NCBI RefSeq assembly: GCF_001194135.2
Contig: NC_068999.1
Span: 43,948,718-43,989,385, forward strand
DNA from: Octopus bimaculoides
Lineage: Eukaryota
Direction: 5' to 3'
Length of the DNA: 40,668 bases
Shown: positions 1 through 12,169 of the stretch, one piece after another
How the letters are laid out: each line of letters starts with the position of its first letter
Numbering within the stretch: the stretch's first letter is position 1
Notes under the pieces: model-generated
Seen by the model: the letters and a program-made list of their open reading frames with translations, nothing else
Told to the model about the DNA's origin: nothing
Databases searched by the model: none
Position numbers and translations under genes: made by a program

Positions 1-1079
1 TTTTTTTTCTATTTTTCCTTTGTCATTTTTCTTTTCAATATCGATTATTTTATTTATTTTGTTTTGATAAACAAAAAAGAAAAACAATAATTCTTGACTA
101 AATGGTCCTAAATATTTCGATTTGGTTTAATCCGTTCCAGCCGATTTACAGGTTATATTTTTAGATTTAATCAGCAACGGTAATGATGTATAACTGTGAT
201 AAGAATGCTTTGGTATTGTTGTTGATGTTGTTTCTGTTGTCGTTGATTGCGATGGTGGCGGTGACGTTTGTGGCACGGTATAGGCCAAAGTATCAATTCC
301 AATTGTTGAATGGTAAGTACACTACTGTATTGTCAGATAACTTCGTTCGTTTTCTTGTTTTTAAAAAACATATTTCTCTTTCCAGTGTTATTTGAGTTAA
401 TAGAGAAAGAAATATCTTTACAGTAGTGCTTAATGTTTGCATTGCTTTTGAATCTTGAATAAAATTTCAACTCTTTTGAGACATTAAAAAAAGTGTGACA
501 AAGAANNNNNNNNNNNNNNNNNNNNNNNNNNNNNNNNNNNNNNNNNNNNNNNNNNNNNNNNNNNNNNNNNNNNNNNNNNNNNNNNNNNNNNNNNNNNNNN
601 NNNNNNNNNNNNNNNNNNNNNNNNNNNNNNNNNNNNNNNNNNNNNNNNNNNNNNNNNNNNNNNNNNNNNNNNNNNNNNNNNNNNNNNNNNNNNNNNNNNN
701 NNNNNNNNNNNNNNNNNNNNNNNNNNNNNNNNNNNNNNNNNNNNNNNNNNNNNNNNNNNNNNNNNNNNNNNNNNNNNNNNNNNNNNNNNNNNNNNNNNNN
801 NNNNNNNNNNNNNNNNNNNNNNNNNNNNNNNNNNNNNNNNNNNNNNNNNNNNNNNNNNNNNNNNNNNNNNNNNNNNNNNNNNNNNNNNNNNNNNNNNNNN
901 NNNNNNNNNNNNNNNNNNNNNNNNNNNNNNNNNNNNNNNNNNNNNNNNNNNNNNNNNNNNNNNNNNNNNNNNNNNNNNNNNNNNNNNNNNNNNNNNNNNN
1001 NNNNNNNNNNNNNNNNNNNNNNNNNNNNNNNNNNNNNNNNNNNNNNNNNNNNNNNNNNNNNNNNNNNNNNNNNNNNNNN

Positions 1080-1142
<63 letters not shown>

Positions 1143-1298
1143 CATAAATGTATATATGTATATGTATATATATGCATATCATATATATGTGTGTGTATGT
1201 ATATATCTCTGTCTCTCTCTTTATCTGTCTATCCATATATATATATGTGTGTGTGTGTCTGTGTGTGTGTATGTGTGTGCGTGTGTGAGTGTGTGTGT
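1080..1298. repeat. Compound (TA)n / (TC)n / (TG)n microsatellite beside a gap
   Basis: Pure (TA)n from 1080 to about 1136, then degenerate TA, TC and TG runs, seen directly. Confidence 0.95.
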
Positions 1299-1990
1299 TC
1301 ACACAATTCTGTCACTCGACCAGCATGTGTGATAAATACTCGACTAAATGCTGCTCTTCAGTAATTTAGATCAAACATGTCTGCTAAAGTGTGTAGTATG
1401 GAAATGGATGTAATTCTTTATACACAAAGGAGCAGGTGTGGCTTGAAATTTTACCTATCTATACAAATTCTTCACAAGTGACAATATACATAGCAGAACA
1501 CCTGATCATTACAATTTAATTTTTTTTAAATATTTACCCAAATTTGGTGTCGTTTTAGAAACATTCTAAAACTCACAGAAAACAAACCAATCTATTTTCA
1601 TTCCTGAAATTTATTATCATTACTATCATTTTTATTATTGTTGTTGTTTTTGTTGTTGTTGTTGTTGTCGTTGTTATTTTTATTATTATTAATTTTTATC
1701 TTGTTTCAGTTACAGCTGTTTCGATAGTGAATGCTGCATTTTACACAAAACTAATTACACGTTCGTAATGAGTGTACATATTAAAGAGTAGAAGCACCAA
1801 ACAGCTTTCTACATTGCTTATCAATGTTTATAGCAATTTAAATTCTTTAGATTTTGCCAATAGATGTCGCTACACCAACTGTATGCTGTCTTAGCAAAAC
1901 TCTTGCAGACTAAACATGTCTGTGCAATTGTCGTTATTTAATTTCTAATGTTTAAAAAGAAAATGGTGAAAATTATAGTGACAGAAAGAT

Positions 1991-2072
1991 GCATGGCACA
2001 GTAGTTAGAGCATCAGGCTCACAATCACGAGGTAGTGAGTTCGATTCCCGGGCCGGGCTGTGTGTTGTGTTC
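1991..2072 (+). mobile_element. tRNA-derived SINE head, 5' fragment (local family 3)
   Basis: A-box-like TGGCACAGTAGTTAG from 1994 and B-box-like GAGTTCGATTCCC at 2037-2049, followed by GGGCTGTGTGTTGTGTTC. Similar heads occur at 31105-31430 and 39611-39718. Confidence 0.75.
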
Positions 2073-2397
2073 AGAAAAGAAAAAATGGTGTAAAAGCTGT
2101 ACAACAACATGTAGTAAACGAATATGAAAAACATGCGCGCTCGCGAACGGGGGTTCGGGGAGAGGACTCGGAAAACTCACGTCGTTAGACCATGACTTTT
2201 CAACTCTAGTATTTGACCCGGGCAAAATAAAATTTTAAAGAGTGTAATAGGTGTACATGTCCTTTAAACTCTACAGTTTGCCTAAAGNNNNNNNNNNNNN
2301 NNNNNNNNNNNNNNNNNNNNNNNNNNNNNNNNNNNNNNNNNNNNNNNNNNNNNNNNNNNNNNNTATATGCACATGTATATATATTTTCTTAAAAAAG

Positions 2398-2490
2398 AAA
2401 ATTACTGGGGGTCGATTCATTTGAATAAAGTTTCTTCAATGTGGTGCCCCAGCATGGCCCCAGTATAACGACTGAAACGATCGAAAGATA
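2398..2490 (+). mobile_element. SINE 3' tail (local family 1)
   Basis: TACTGGGGGTCGATTC...GTGGTGCCCCAGCATGGCCCCAGT...GACTGAAAC is the reverse complement of the tail motif seen at 6141, 16921, 28556 and 29121. Confidence 0.75.
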
Positions 2491-3181
2491 GGCGATGAAG
2501 TAGTTTGTCCGATGTTGTAACGACTCGGACAATTTACGGTTCTCAAGCCACGACAATATATTACGCGCGAAAGAACTGAACTTCATAAAGAGACGCAGCT
2601 TGAAGGAATTATCTCCCTTGGAATCACTGACGCCATATTGTCGTTTCCTGAGAATTTATAGCCAGGAATAATGATGGAAAATACATAGATAATCAGCAAT
2701 CATGTTCTATTATTAGATTACCAAAAATGAGTTCAGCTTTGTCGTTATTATACCAAACCCGAAGGCATTCGGTCGTAAGACATTTCGTCTGTAATTAAAC
2801 AAATAAAATAATCACCGCCCAAAACAGACGAAACATAATTTGAAATTTACAGAGAAAATATATTCAGTAAAATTACAAAACGAAGAAATGGAAGAAAAAT
2901 AAAATTGGAATTATTGACACAAAGTGGTTGTTAAGAGAAAAGAGAAAAAGCGAAAAATCACTGCCAATACAATGTATGCGTCTAATGGAAATTCTCTGCC
3001 AGTTTTTCATTTTTTTTTAATTGAACAAAACACGCAAGACGTATAGCGAGTGATTCCTATATTTGTTTACCCGTTAACAATAAAAACAATTAGATTCGAG
3101 ACATTAATTTTCATAGTGCTTGTGAACCTACAGGTTATTAGTGTATTTTCTAGATTATTTGCATCATTGTTTCGTTACTGC

Positions 3182-3585
<404 letters not shown>

Positions 3586-3683
3586 TTTCATTTTTCGAGT
3601 GGTAATAGTAAAAATTTATTGCCATCGGTCTGATTCACGAAGAGAGTGAGAGAGAGNNNNNNNNNNNNNNNNNNNNNNNNNNN

Positions 3684-3720
<37 letters not shown>

Positions 3721-4007
3721 AAGAGAAAGAGAGAAACGGAATTTAAATTAAATTTTTAATCATTGATTTCAATGAGTTTCTAAATTCGAAATCTCTCATA
3801 ACACCAAATGTCGGTCGGGTCGGGTCGGGGCAGGACTTGGCTGGGGGAGTGATAGAGTTTAAGAGTGAACATAAATGTAAAAACCGCAGTAACTGACAAC
3901 TGGAGACGTGTAGTTAGTTGTTTGGTAATTTTTAGTTTAGCTGGATTGCTATTAATACTAATATTTCGATGGAATATTTTCTGTAGAATCTCAACGACAA
4001 CGGAATC

Positions 4008-4146
4008 GTTATTTACATTTGACGGATATTTGTCCTCATCTTGTTTGTTGTTAACACAACGTTTCGGCTGATATACTCGCCAGCCTTCATCAGGTTATCT
4101 TGGGGAAATTCAAAACCTGGGTTCTCATTCCTCAGATATTTTTCAA

Positions 4147-4206
<60 letters not shown>

Positions 4207-4312
4207 CATTATTATTATTATTATTATCATTATTATTTAGGTCACTGCCTGGAATCGAACACGGAATCTTGGGGTTAGTAGCCTGCGCTCTAAACCACTA
4301 CGCCATATGCCC
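4008..4312 (-). mobile_element. tRNA-headed SINE-like element with internal (AAT)n and a hammerhead-bearing 3' module (local family 5)
   Basis: On the minus strand: GGGCATA, A box TGGCGTAGTGG (4305-4295), B box GTTCGATTCC (4260-4251), about 90 nt of (AAT)n, then about 140 nt of unique body containing CTGATGA...GAAAC. The 3' boundary is approximate. Confidence 0.7.
4053..4099 (-). ncRNA. Minimal type I hammerhead ribozyme motif (HHR-1)
   Basis: Minus strand: GAUAAC-CUGAUGA-A-GGCUGG(CGAGUAUA)UCAGCC-GAAA-CGUU^GUGUU. Core boxes are exact. Helix II has 5 Watson-Crick pairs plus a G-U. Helix III is the palindrome AACGUU with no loop. Helix I pairs with one bulged A and two G-U pairs. Confidence 0.65.
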
Positions 4313-4325
4313 AAGGGCAATCCAT

Positions 4326-4377
4326 CATTCTCTTTTGCCGAACCGCTAAGTTACGGGGACGTAAACATACCAGCATC
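4326..4377 (-). mobile_element. Internal fragment of family 1 SINE, cut by a gap
   Basis: CTCTTTTGCCGAACCGCTAAGTTACGGGGACGTAAACATACCAGCATC matches the middle of the copies at 6141-6375 and 29121-29345. Confidence 0.75.
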
Positions 4378-6007
4378 NNNNNNNNNNNNNNNNNNNNNNN
4401 NNNNNNNNNNNNNNNNNNNNNNNNNNNNNNNNNNNNNNNNNNNNNNNNNNNNNNNNNNNNNNNNNNNNNNNNNNNNNGTGTGTGTGTGTGTGTGTGTGTT
4501 ATATACATATATGTATGTATGTTTATGTATATATATATATATGTGTGTGGAAACCTAATTATATTCTCAAATCAGTTATAAGTTACAGAACTGACGAAGA
4601 TAGACGTCAGGAAAGCACTATGTCTATTATACATTGCATGAAAATATACCTGATTCGCTACATAAGCTCATAGGTTTCAGTCTATACAAGATAATCAATG
4701 AATGAGTTATCTCCTTCATTCATGGAAATTATAGCAACGAACGGGATCGGCTTTTTCATCTCAAGGATTTTCTAAAAATAGACACAGAATATTTAGAGAT
4801 TTTTATTTTAATTGTGAAATGAAGAGGAGCGAAATGTTTCAGTAGTACAAGAATTCTGGTTAGAAGATAAGGATGGGTTCTTATCGAAGTTCAAGGAGGA
4901 ATTTTAATTTGATACCCAAAGAGAAAAAAAAAATAAAACAATTGCTTAAAGAGAAGGAACTAAAAAGCAAACAAATAAACGCTGAGATCCAAGAGAATTA
5001 AATGAAAGCATTGATGAAGGAACCTCAATTATTTGTAGAATTGCGAAAGATGGCAGTAAAATTATTTTAATAATAAAATATGTGCAAAGACAAATTAAAA
5101 AGAAGTTAGTGTTCACTGCTTTACTCTACTGCTATATATATATATATATATATATAATCATAAATATACAGGGATTAGCATTGAGTTGCTTCTCCAACAT
5201 ACTGAAAATTTAGAAATAGCAGTCAAAGAACTACTGATTCTAAACTACAANNNNNNNNNNNNNNNNNNNNNNNNNNNNNNNNNNNNNNNNNNNNNNNNNN
5301 NNNNNNNNNNNNNNNNNNNNNNNNNNNNNNNNNNNNNNNNNNNNNNNNNNNNNNNNNNNNNNNNNNNNNNNNNNNNNNNNNNNNNNNNNNNNNNNNNNNN
5401 NNNNNNNNNNNNNNNNNNNNNNNNNNNNNNNNNNNNNNNNNNNNNNNNNNNNNNNNNNNNNNNNNNNNNNNNNNNNNNNNNNNNNNNNNNNNNNNNNNNN
5501 NNNNNNNNNNNNNNNNNNNNNNNNNNNNNNNNNNNNNNNNNNNNNNNNNNNNNNNNNNNNNNNNNNNNNNNNNNNNNNNNNNNNNNNNNNNNNNNNNNNN
5601 NNNNNNNNNNNNNNNNNNNNNNNNNNNNNNNNNNNNNNNNNNNNNNNNNNNNNNNNNNNNNNNNNNNNNNNNNNNNNNNNNNNNNNNNNNNNNNNNNNNT
5701 ATATATATATATATATATATATAAAAGCATGTACGTATTTGTGTATTGAGACACACAATCACTGATAAATTGATAGACAAACAGAGCAACAGATAAAAAT
5801 CCATATTCAATCCTCGTTTTACGTTCGCCTTTCTATGATGGCAGGCGATGGGCTTTTTATTGGGCAATCGTGCACGAACGGATGCCATTTCTGTGGATAA
5901 CCATTTCTAAATCGATTATTGCGACGCACAGAAATGCATGAACTCTACGTATTCAATCCTAGATATTGATCAAACCTAGTTACAAAAATATGTGTTTATA
6001 TCTATAA

Positions 6008-6110
6008 CAGTGGTTATCAACCCCTTATTTGACTTTGGACCCCTTTTGACTCCCGTTTTACTCAACTGGGCCCTTATAGTTATTCAATGTTAAAAAGATA
6101 TCTTGTGATG
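6008..6110. mobile_element. Possible left end of a hAT/Charlie-like non-autonomous DNA transposon
   Basis: CAGTGGTTATCAACC resembles the TIR at 31440 (AGTGGTTCTCAACC). No matching right TIR was found. Confidence 0.3.
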
Positions 6111-6140
6111 TTCTTTTTATAACGAAATACTATGAGGAAT

Positions 6141-6375
6141 TCTTTTATTCTTTTATTCTTTTACTTGTTTCAGTCATTTGACTGCGGCCATGCTGGAGCA
6201 CCACCTTTAGTCGGACAAATCAACCTCAGGTACTATTCTTTGTAAGCTTAGTACTTATTCTATCGTTCTCTTCTTGTAGATCCTCTAAGTTACGGAGAAC
6301 GTAAACACACCAACACCGGTTGTCAACCAATAGTGGGGCGACAAACACAGACACACAAACATATTTACATATATC
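6141..6375 (-). mobile_element. Family 1 SINE, 3' half
   Basis: Short tandem TCTTTTA(T/C) tail, then TTGTTTCAGTCATTTGACTGCGGCCATGCTGGAGCACC...GTACTTATTCTATCG...GTAAACACACCAACACCGGTTGTCAA. It aligns with 16912-17033 and 29121-29345. Confidence 0.85.
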
Positions 6376-6444
6376 AATGCCAACTGAGCTTTATCGAGTT
6401 CTCGAAGTATTCCAGCCATATTTGAACTTCAGGGCATCTGATCT

Positions 6445-6570
6445 ACCTATGTGCTAAAAATCATTAAAATCGGTTGGACGGTGTGGGAGGAGTTAGAATA
6501 ACCCCAAACACACACTCAGACAGACATTCATATATAGACATTCATATATAGACATTCATATATAGAGAGA
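6445..6570. mobile_element. Possible Helitron/DINE-like non-autonomous terminus with a triplicated 14-mer
   Basis: TGTGCTAAAAATCATTAAAATCGGTTGGACGGTGTGGGAGGAG...CAGACAGACATTCATATATAG resembles the terminal module of invertebrate Helitron-N/DINE-type repeats (pattern recognition only). GACATTCATATATA occurs 3 times at 6523-6564. Confidence 0.35.
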
Positions 6571-7046
6571 TGTAAATATGTATGTATGTATACATGTTTG
6601 CTGGTTTGTATTATAGCATGTGTAGCTGTATATATGCATGTATGTGTGTGAATGTTTGTATGTATGTATGTATGTATGTATATATGTATGTATGTATGTA
6701 TGTATAAATGTATCATATTGAAAGAAAAGGTGATAATCGCGAACAATCACAAAAGTACTAAAATCAATTGACGGTTGTAGTGCGGTGCTTGATATTTTAA
6801 ACTGAAAGAATTTCCTGCTTGTTTTGATGTGTCAATCGGTTTTGTTATTTGATTTATTTTGAAAAGAAAAAAAAAATTGCTGTGAAAGTTTTTGAAGATG
6901 GCACGTTAGGGTTGGCGATAAAATGTGTAAATTTTGCAGAGAAATCACAGACAAATGCTTATCATCCATCATCTCTAGTTTCACAGAATTTCACAGCTGA
7001 AGATTCCGTTACTGAAAGATTCAAAACACACACACGCACTGACAGG

Positions 7047-7086
<40 letters not shown>

Positions 7087-7317
7087 CACACACACACACT
7101 GGTACATGTATAAATAAACATGTTCAGCGTACACACATCCACACGCACAGACACTCACATACACATAGACACACACACAAACGTACACACATATACACAC
7201 AAATACACGTTTCTCTATGCATGGATATTTGTATGTCTACGAGAATACACACATATAGACACACACAAACATATATACATGCTTATGTCCATGTTATTAT
7301 ATGTAGATATGTATGAA

Positions 7318-7389
<72 letters not shown>

Positions 7390-7409
7390 TTCAAAAAAAG
7401 GAAAAAGAC

Positions 7410-7596
7410 AAAAAAACAATAACAAAAAACAACAACGTAAGGACGTGATACAGATAGTGTTACTAGACGCTCGGGAAAAGAAAGAGAGAGAGTATGACGT
7501 TTCGAGTGGAGCTCTTCGTCAGAAACAAGGAAAGTTCAAAGAAGGGAAAAATGGAGGAAGAAAAAAATCGCCACCGATGTCCACGAGGTTACATAT
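7410..7596 (-). mobile_element. Short hammerhead-bearing repeat, probably derived from a Penelope-like element
   Basis: Higher-complexity segment between a long (TA)n (about 7320-7386) and a gap, containing HHR-2. Repeat status and boundaries are inferred. Confidence 0.45.
7492..7526 (-). ncRNA. Minimal type I hammerhead ribozyme motif (HHR-2), probably partly decayed
   Basis: Minus strand: GUUU-CUGACGA-A-GAG(CUCCA)CUC-GAAA-CGUC^AUAC. Core boxes are exact, helix II has 3 bp, helix III is the palindrome ACGU, the cleavage triplet is GUC, and helix I has 3 of 4 pairs (one U-U). Confidence 0.6.
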
Positions 7597-8424
7597 NNNN
7601 NNNNNNNNNNNNNNNNNNNNNNNNNNNNNNNNNNNNNNNNNNNNNNNNNNNNNNNNNNNNNNNNNNNNNNNNNNNNNNNNNNNNNNNNNNNNNNNNNNNN
7701 NNNNNNNNNNNNNNNNNNNNNNNNNNNNNNNNNNNNNNNNNNNNNNNNNNNNNNNNNNNNNNNNNNNNNNNNNNNNNNNNNNNNNNNNNNNNNNNNNNNN
7801 NNNNNNNNNNNNNNNNNNNNNNNNNNNNNNNNNNNNNNNNNNNNNNNNNNNNNNNNNNNNNNNNNNNNNNNNNNNNNNNNNNNACACAGAATTATTCATG
7901 AATACATGGGCAAAGTTTGTTCCCAGGGTACTCAGTGACGAATTACAATTACCTGCTAACCAACTACTGGGCAAAGACGGGCATCGGAAGTACCCCTCTC
8001 CTTTTCTACTATCCAGACTTGGCTCACTCGCTGTGTGACTTTTGATAGCTCTCCGCGATGAAGGAGAGCCTCACGGGCTGTCGTTTTGAAGTGGGAGACA
8101 GTGACAAAATTCTTCGATACCTTCATTTTACAGGACTTTCATGGGGCCTTTATATGATGTGGCTGGGGCCCACCAAGAAGTGCAATGAAGTTAGAGAATT
8201 CTTCCTTGAATGCGATTATAGTTTTTCACTTCTTTCGCCTCCATTTTTGGACACCTGTCTCCATGTGATCGGCTAGAAGAATTGTTAAAATACGTGGATA
8301 TGTTCCTACTCCTCTTAACACGAAACCAACGCTATTATTAATTCACAAATAAAGAAAATGTCTGAAAACTTCTGGAATGAACTGTGTACACCTCTTATAA
8401 GAAATCGTTTTTGTTGTTCTTGAA

Positions 8425-8560
8425 TTTGCTTTGCATCTGGGTTTCAATTCTTTCGAAGTAGAAGTTGCTTATTATCCTTCTACGGTCGATAAAATTAATT
8501 TAAATAAATCCCTGGTATGAAAGATTAGACTCCGCCTTAAATTTGTGTCTAGCATAGAAC
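8425..8560 (+). mobile_element. Highly diverged family 2 SINE remnant
   Basis: CTGGGTTTCAATTC...TTATCCTTCTACGGTCGATAAAATTAA loosely parallels CTGAGTTCAAATTCC...GAATCGATAAAATAG at 36840-36905. Confidence 0.35.
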
Positions 8561-9505
8561 GCATTAGGATTACCATCATCGTTGTTATTGTTACCGTTTT
8601 ACCCCAGGTCAACTCTGACTGAGCAGACCTGCCACCTTCGATCCAGAAGAATCCATCTATAATCTCTCCATTTATTTTGCGTATTAGAATCTAGGTTTCA
8701 CGTGTCCTTCCATTTTTAAGAGAGTAGTGTAATATTTGACGCGTATTTCGTTTCTCTTTCTGAATTCTATCAGGCCAAGCGACAACATAGACGCTTACTA
8801 CTTTTCCTGGTTTCTTTTTTTTCTTTTTGATTTGTATTACCATTATTTTTATTGTTGTTTTAATCAATTATAATGTTTTCTGTGGCTCATAATACACGGC
8901 TAAAACTCCGTCTTTCGAAGCGCTATTTAATCTTGTTACTACAAGACCTGCATTGCGTACCTTAGCAAAACACTAAAAACCACTCGGTTAATTCTTAATG
9001 CTTACTTAAGAAACCCAAAGTTTAGTACATCCTATTCCTATCCAGTGCTGAATACCAAAGTTAATTTCTGGTCACGCCACTGTAATCTCTTGAATAAATC
9101 TCGCAGGTTCTTTGGGCTAAGTTTTCTTTCCCTAGTTGCATACACACATATAATTCATTGCACCAATTCTTGGCTGATACCGAAATGCTAATAAAACCAC
9201 TTACACTGATTAATGCATTGCAATACTTTGCGGTTTGTTTTGCTTCGCTGTTCTTTAAGTCTTTCCCTGGTTTCCGTCATTTCGCTGCGGCCATGAGGGA
9301 GCACCACCATCAAGGTCTTTGCTTAACTGTAACGACTCCCAGAACACAGTATTAATGTGAGACTGATACTTATTTTATCGATCGCTTTTTATCGATTAAT
9401 GAATATTTTATCGTTTGGAGATAAAGGCACATGACTAAGCGCACCGGTTTACACCTACAAAATGCACATGTAGACGTATACACACACATACACACACTCT
9501 CGTAT

Positions 9506-9544
<39 letters not shown>

Positions 9545-9589
9545 GTACTTGCACACACTTATACTTATACTATACGTACACATATGTAT

Positions 9590-9651
<62 letters not shown>

Positions 9652-11763
9652 CCATACATATACATAAGTATATATATATATGCATGTGCGAGAATACATA
9701 TATATATATGTAAGTATGTACGTATGTATGACTTTATGTATGTAGGTACGTACGTATGCTATGTATANNNNNNNNNNNNNNNNNNNNNNNNNNNNNNNNN
9801 NNNNNNNNNNNNNNNNNNNNNNNNNNNNNNNNNNNNNNNNNNNNNNNNNNNNNNNNNNNNNNNNNNNNNNNNNNNNNNNNNNNNNNNNNNNNNNNNNNNN
9901 NNNNNNNNNNNNNNNNNNNNNNNNNNNNNNNNNNNNNNNNNNNNNNNNNNNNNNNNNNNNNNNNNNNNNNNNNNNNNNNNNNNNNNNNNNNNNNNNNNNN
10001 NNNNNNNNNNNNNNNNNNNNNNNNNNNNNNNNNNNNNNNNNNNNNNNNNNNNNNNNNNNNNNNNNNNNNNNNNNNNNNNNNNNNNNNNNNNNNNNNNNNN
10101 NNNNNNNNNNNNNNNNNNNNNNNNNNNNNNNNNNNNNNNNNNNNNNNNNNNNNNNNNNNNNNNNNNNNNNNNNNNNNNNNNNNNNNNNNNNNNNNNNNNN
10201 NNNNNNNNNNNNNNNNNNNNNNNNNNNNNNNNNNNNNNNNNNNNNNNNNNNNNNNNNNNNNNNNNNNNNNNNNNNNNNNNNGAATCGGTTACAATCTCGC
10301 CCGACCTGCTTTCAATATTAGGCAAATTTCCTTCATATCACACACAACTACTGCATGATCGCCTTTTTAAAAATAATAATAATAACAACAACACAACAGG
10401 AACTACATTTACGATAATATAGTCCTAGACTCACTTTTATCTGTAAAAATGTTTAAAAAAAAAAACTGGAATTTCTTTGATTATTGGTTCCACGATGAAG
10501 GCTGACCTGCAGCAAAACAATAATAACAATAACAACAATAATGAAAATAACAATTACAACATGACGATTACACATGAAAGAAGTTTCTACCTCACAATCA
10601 GAATAAAGATAAGATGAAAGCCGGTAAGTTGGAACTGATACCCTTTGAAAATTAATGTGTAGTTTGTCCGTTTTGTGGTGCACAGACGAATATTAGAGAA
10701 TTAATATGTAAGTTAGTGTTATCATGTTCATTGTAGTGGATGTATGTAATGGCTAACTCGGAATAAATATGGTGTGTTAGAACAAAGAAAAAAATATATA
10801 CTCAAACAGATAAAATGAGAAAGAAAAAAAAAGGGAAAACGATATTGAGAAATAAATATAATTACATATGTATATGCATGTATAGTTATATATATTTGTA
10901 TGTGTATATATGTATACATACATAGGTGCATACTATATATGTATATATATATGTGTGTGTGTGTGTATGTGCGTATGTGTGCGTGTGTGTGTGTGTGTAT
11001 GTACGCAATATACACTCATACATATATATACCCTGTATTTTTTGAGGTTTCGAGGTACAAGCAAGAGACAAAAGCTTCTATGTAACAGCATATTTATCAT
11101 TTTAAGAAGTAATTAATATATATATATATGTATATATATANNNNNNNNNNNNNNNNNNNNNNNNNNNNNNNNNNNNNNNNNNNNNNNNNNNNNNNNNNNN
11201 NNNNNNNNNNNNNNNNNNNNNNNNNNNNNNNNNNNNNNNNNNNNNNNNNNNNNNNNNNNNNNNNNNNNNNNNNNNNNNNNNNNNNNNNNNNNNNNNNNNN
11301 NNNNNNNNNNNNNNNNNNNNNNNNNNNNNNNNNNNNNNNNNNNNNNNNNNNNNNNNNNNNNNNNNNNNNNNNNNNNNNNNNNNNNNNNNNNNNNNNNNNN
11401 NNNNNNNNNNNNNNNNNNNNNNNNNNNNNNNNNNNNNNNNNNNNNNNNNNNNNNNNNNNNNNNNNNNNNNNNNNNNNNNNNNNNNNNNNNNNNNNNNNNN
11501 NNNNNNNNNNNNNNNNNNNNNNNNNNNNNNNNNNNNNNNNNNNNNNNNNNNNNNNNNNNNNNNNNNNNNNNNNNNNNNNNNNNNNNNNNNNNNNNNNNNN
11601 NNNNNNNNNNNNNNNNNNNNNNNNNNNNNNNNNNNNNNNNNNNNNNNNNNNNNNNNNNNNNNNNNNNNNNNNNNNNNNNNNNNNNNNNNNNNNNNNNNNN
11701 NNNNNNNNNNNNNNNNNNNNNNNNNNNNNNNNNNNNNNNNNNNNNNNNNNNNNNNNNNNNNNN

Positions 11764-12169
11764 ATGTCTGGTTTCCTATTCTCTATCTCATGGTCGCACT
11801 GAATCATAAAATCCCACAGGATGCCTTCAGGTTTGTGGTCGTACCAATTTTCTGCTCTGTCAAGTCCATACTTGTTGCAACGTGTCCAATGGACAAGCCT
11901 TGTCATATTAACGTGGTGTCTTTTACATTCCTTCTGTCCTAGTAGCGTACATTGGCTGGTAATATGCCATACGGTTTCACCGTTTTGTCCACAGATTCTG
12001 CACTTATCACTTTCTGATATGTTATCAGTTCTGTACTTTATGTAGTTTATTCTTAGAGCACGCTCTTGGGCATCACAGTTTAGAGCCTCCGTTTCCGGTT
12101 TTAAATCACTTTTAGTCATCCACAGTCAACTTTTTTCTCTGTCCGTCTGTCTTATCTTCAACATCCCTG
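11764..12169 (-). mobile_element. 5'-truncated R4/Dong-clade (RLE-type) non-LTR retrotransposon fragment: post-RT region, CCHC knuckle and start of the restriction-like endonuclease
   Basis: Minus-strand frame: EKS*LWMTKSDLKPETEALNCDAQERALRINYIK...KCRICGQNGETVWHITSQC...KRHHVNMTRLVHW...WYDHKPEG-ILWDFMIQCDHEIENRKPD. The C-x2-C-x9-H-x4-C knuckle lies at 12002-11949 and the WDF-x-IQ...(R/K)PD motif is typical of R4/Dong. One stop upstream of the Met and an apparent short deletion between KPEG and ILWD indicate decay. The 3' end is lost in the gap. Confidence 0.9.

Noticed and set aside
1300-1395. Minus-strand CTGAAGA followed by a CAGCAT/ATGCTG stem
   Set aside because: The stem is followed by GAGT rather than GAAA, and helices I and III are missing. 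At most it is a heavily decayed motif.
5882-5939. 10-bp perfect inverted repeat CATTTCTGTG...CACAGAAATG (pre-miRNA-like)
   Set aside because: The 31-nt interior pairs poorly, and about one such inverted repeat is expected by chance in this much sequence.
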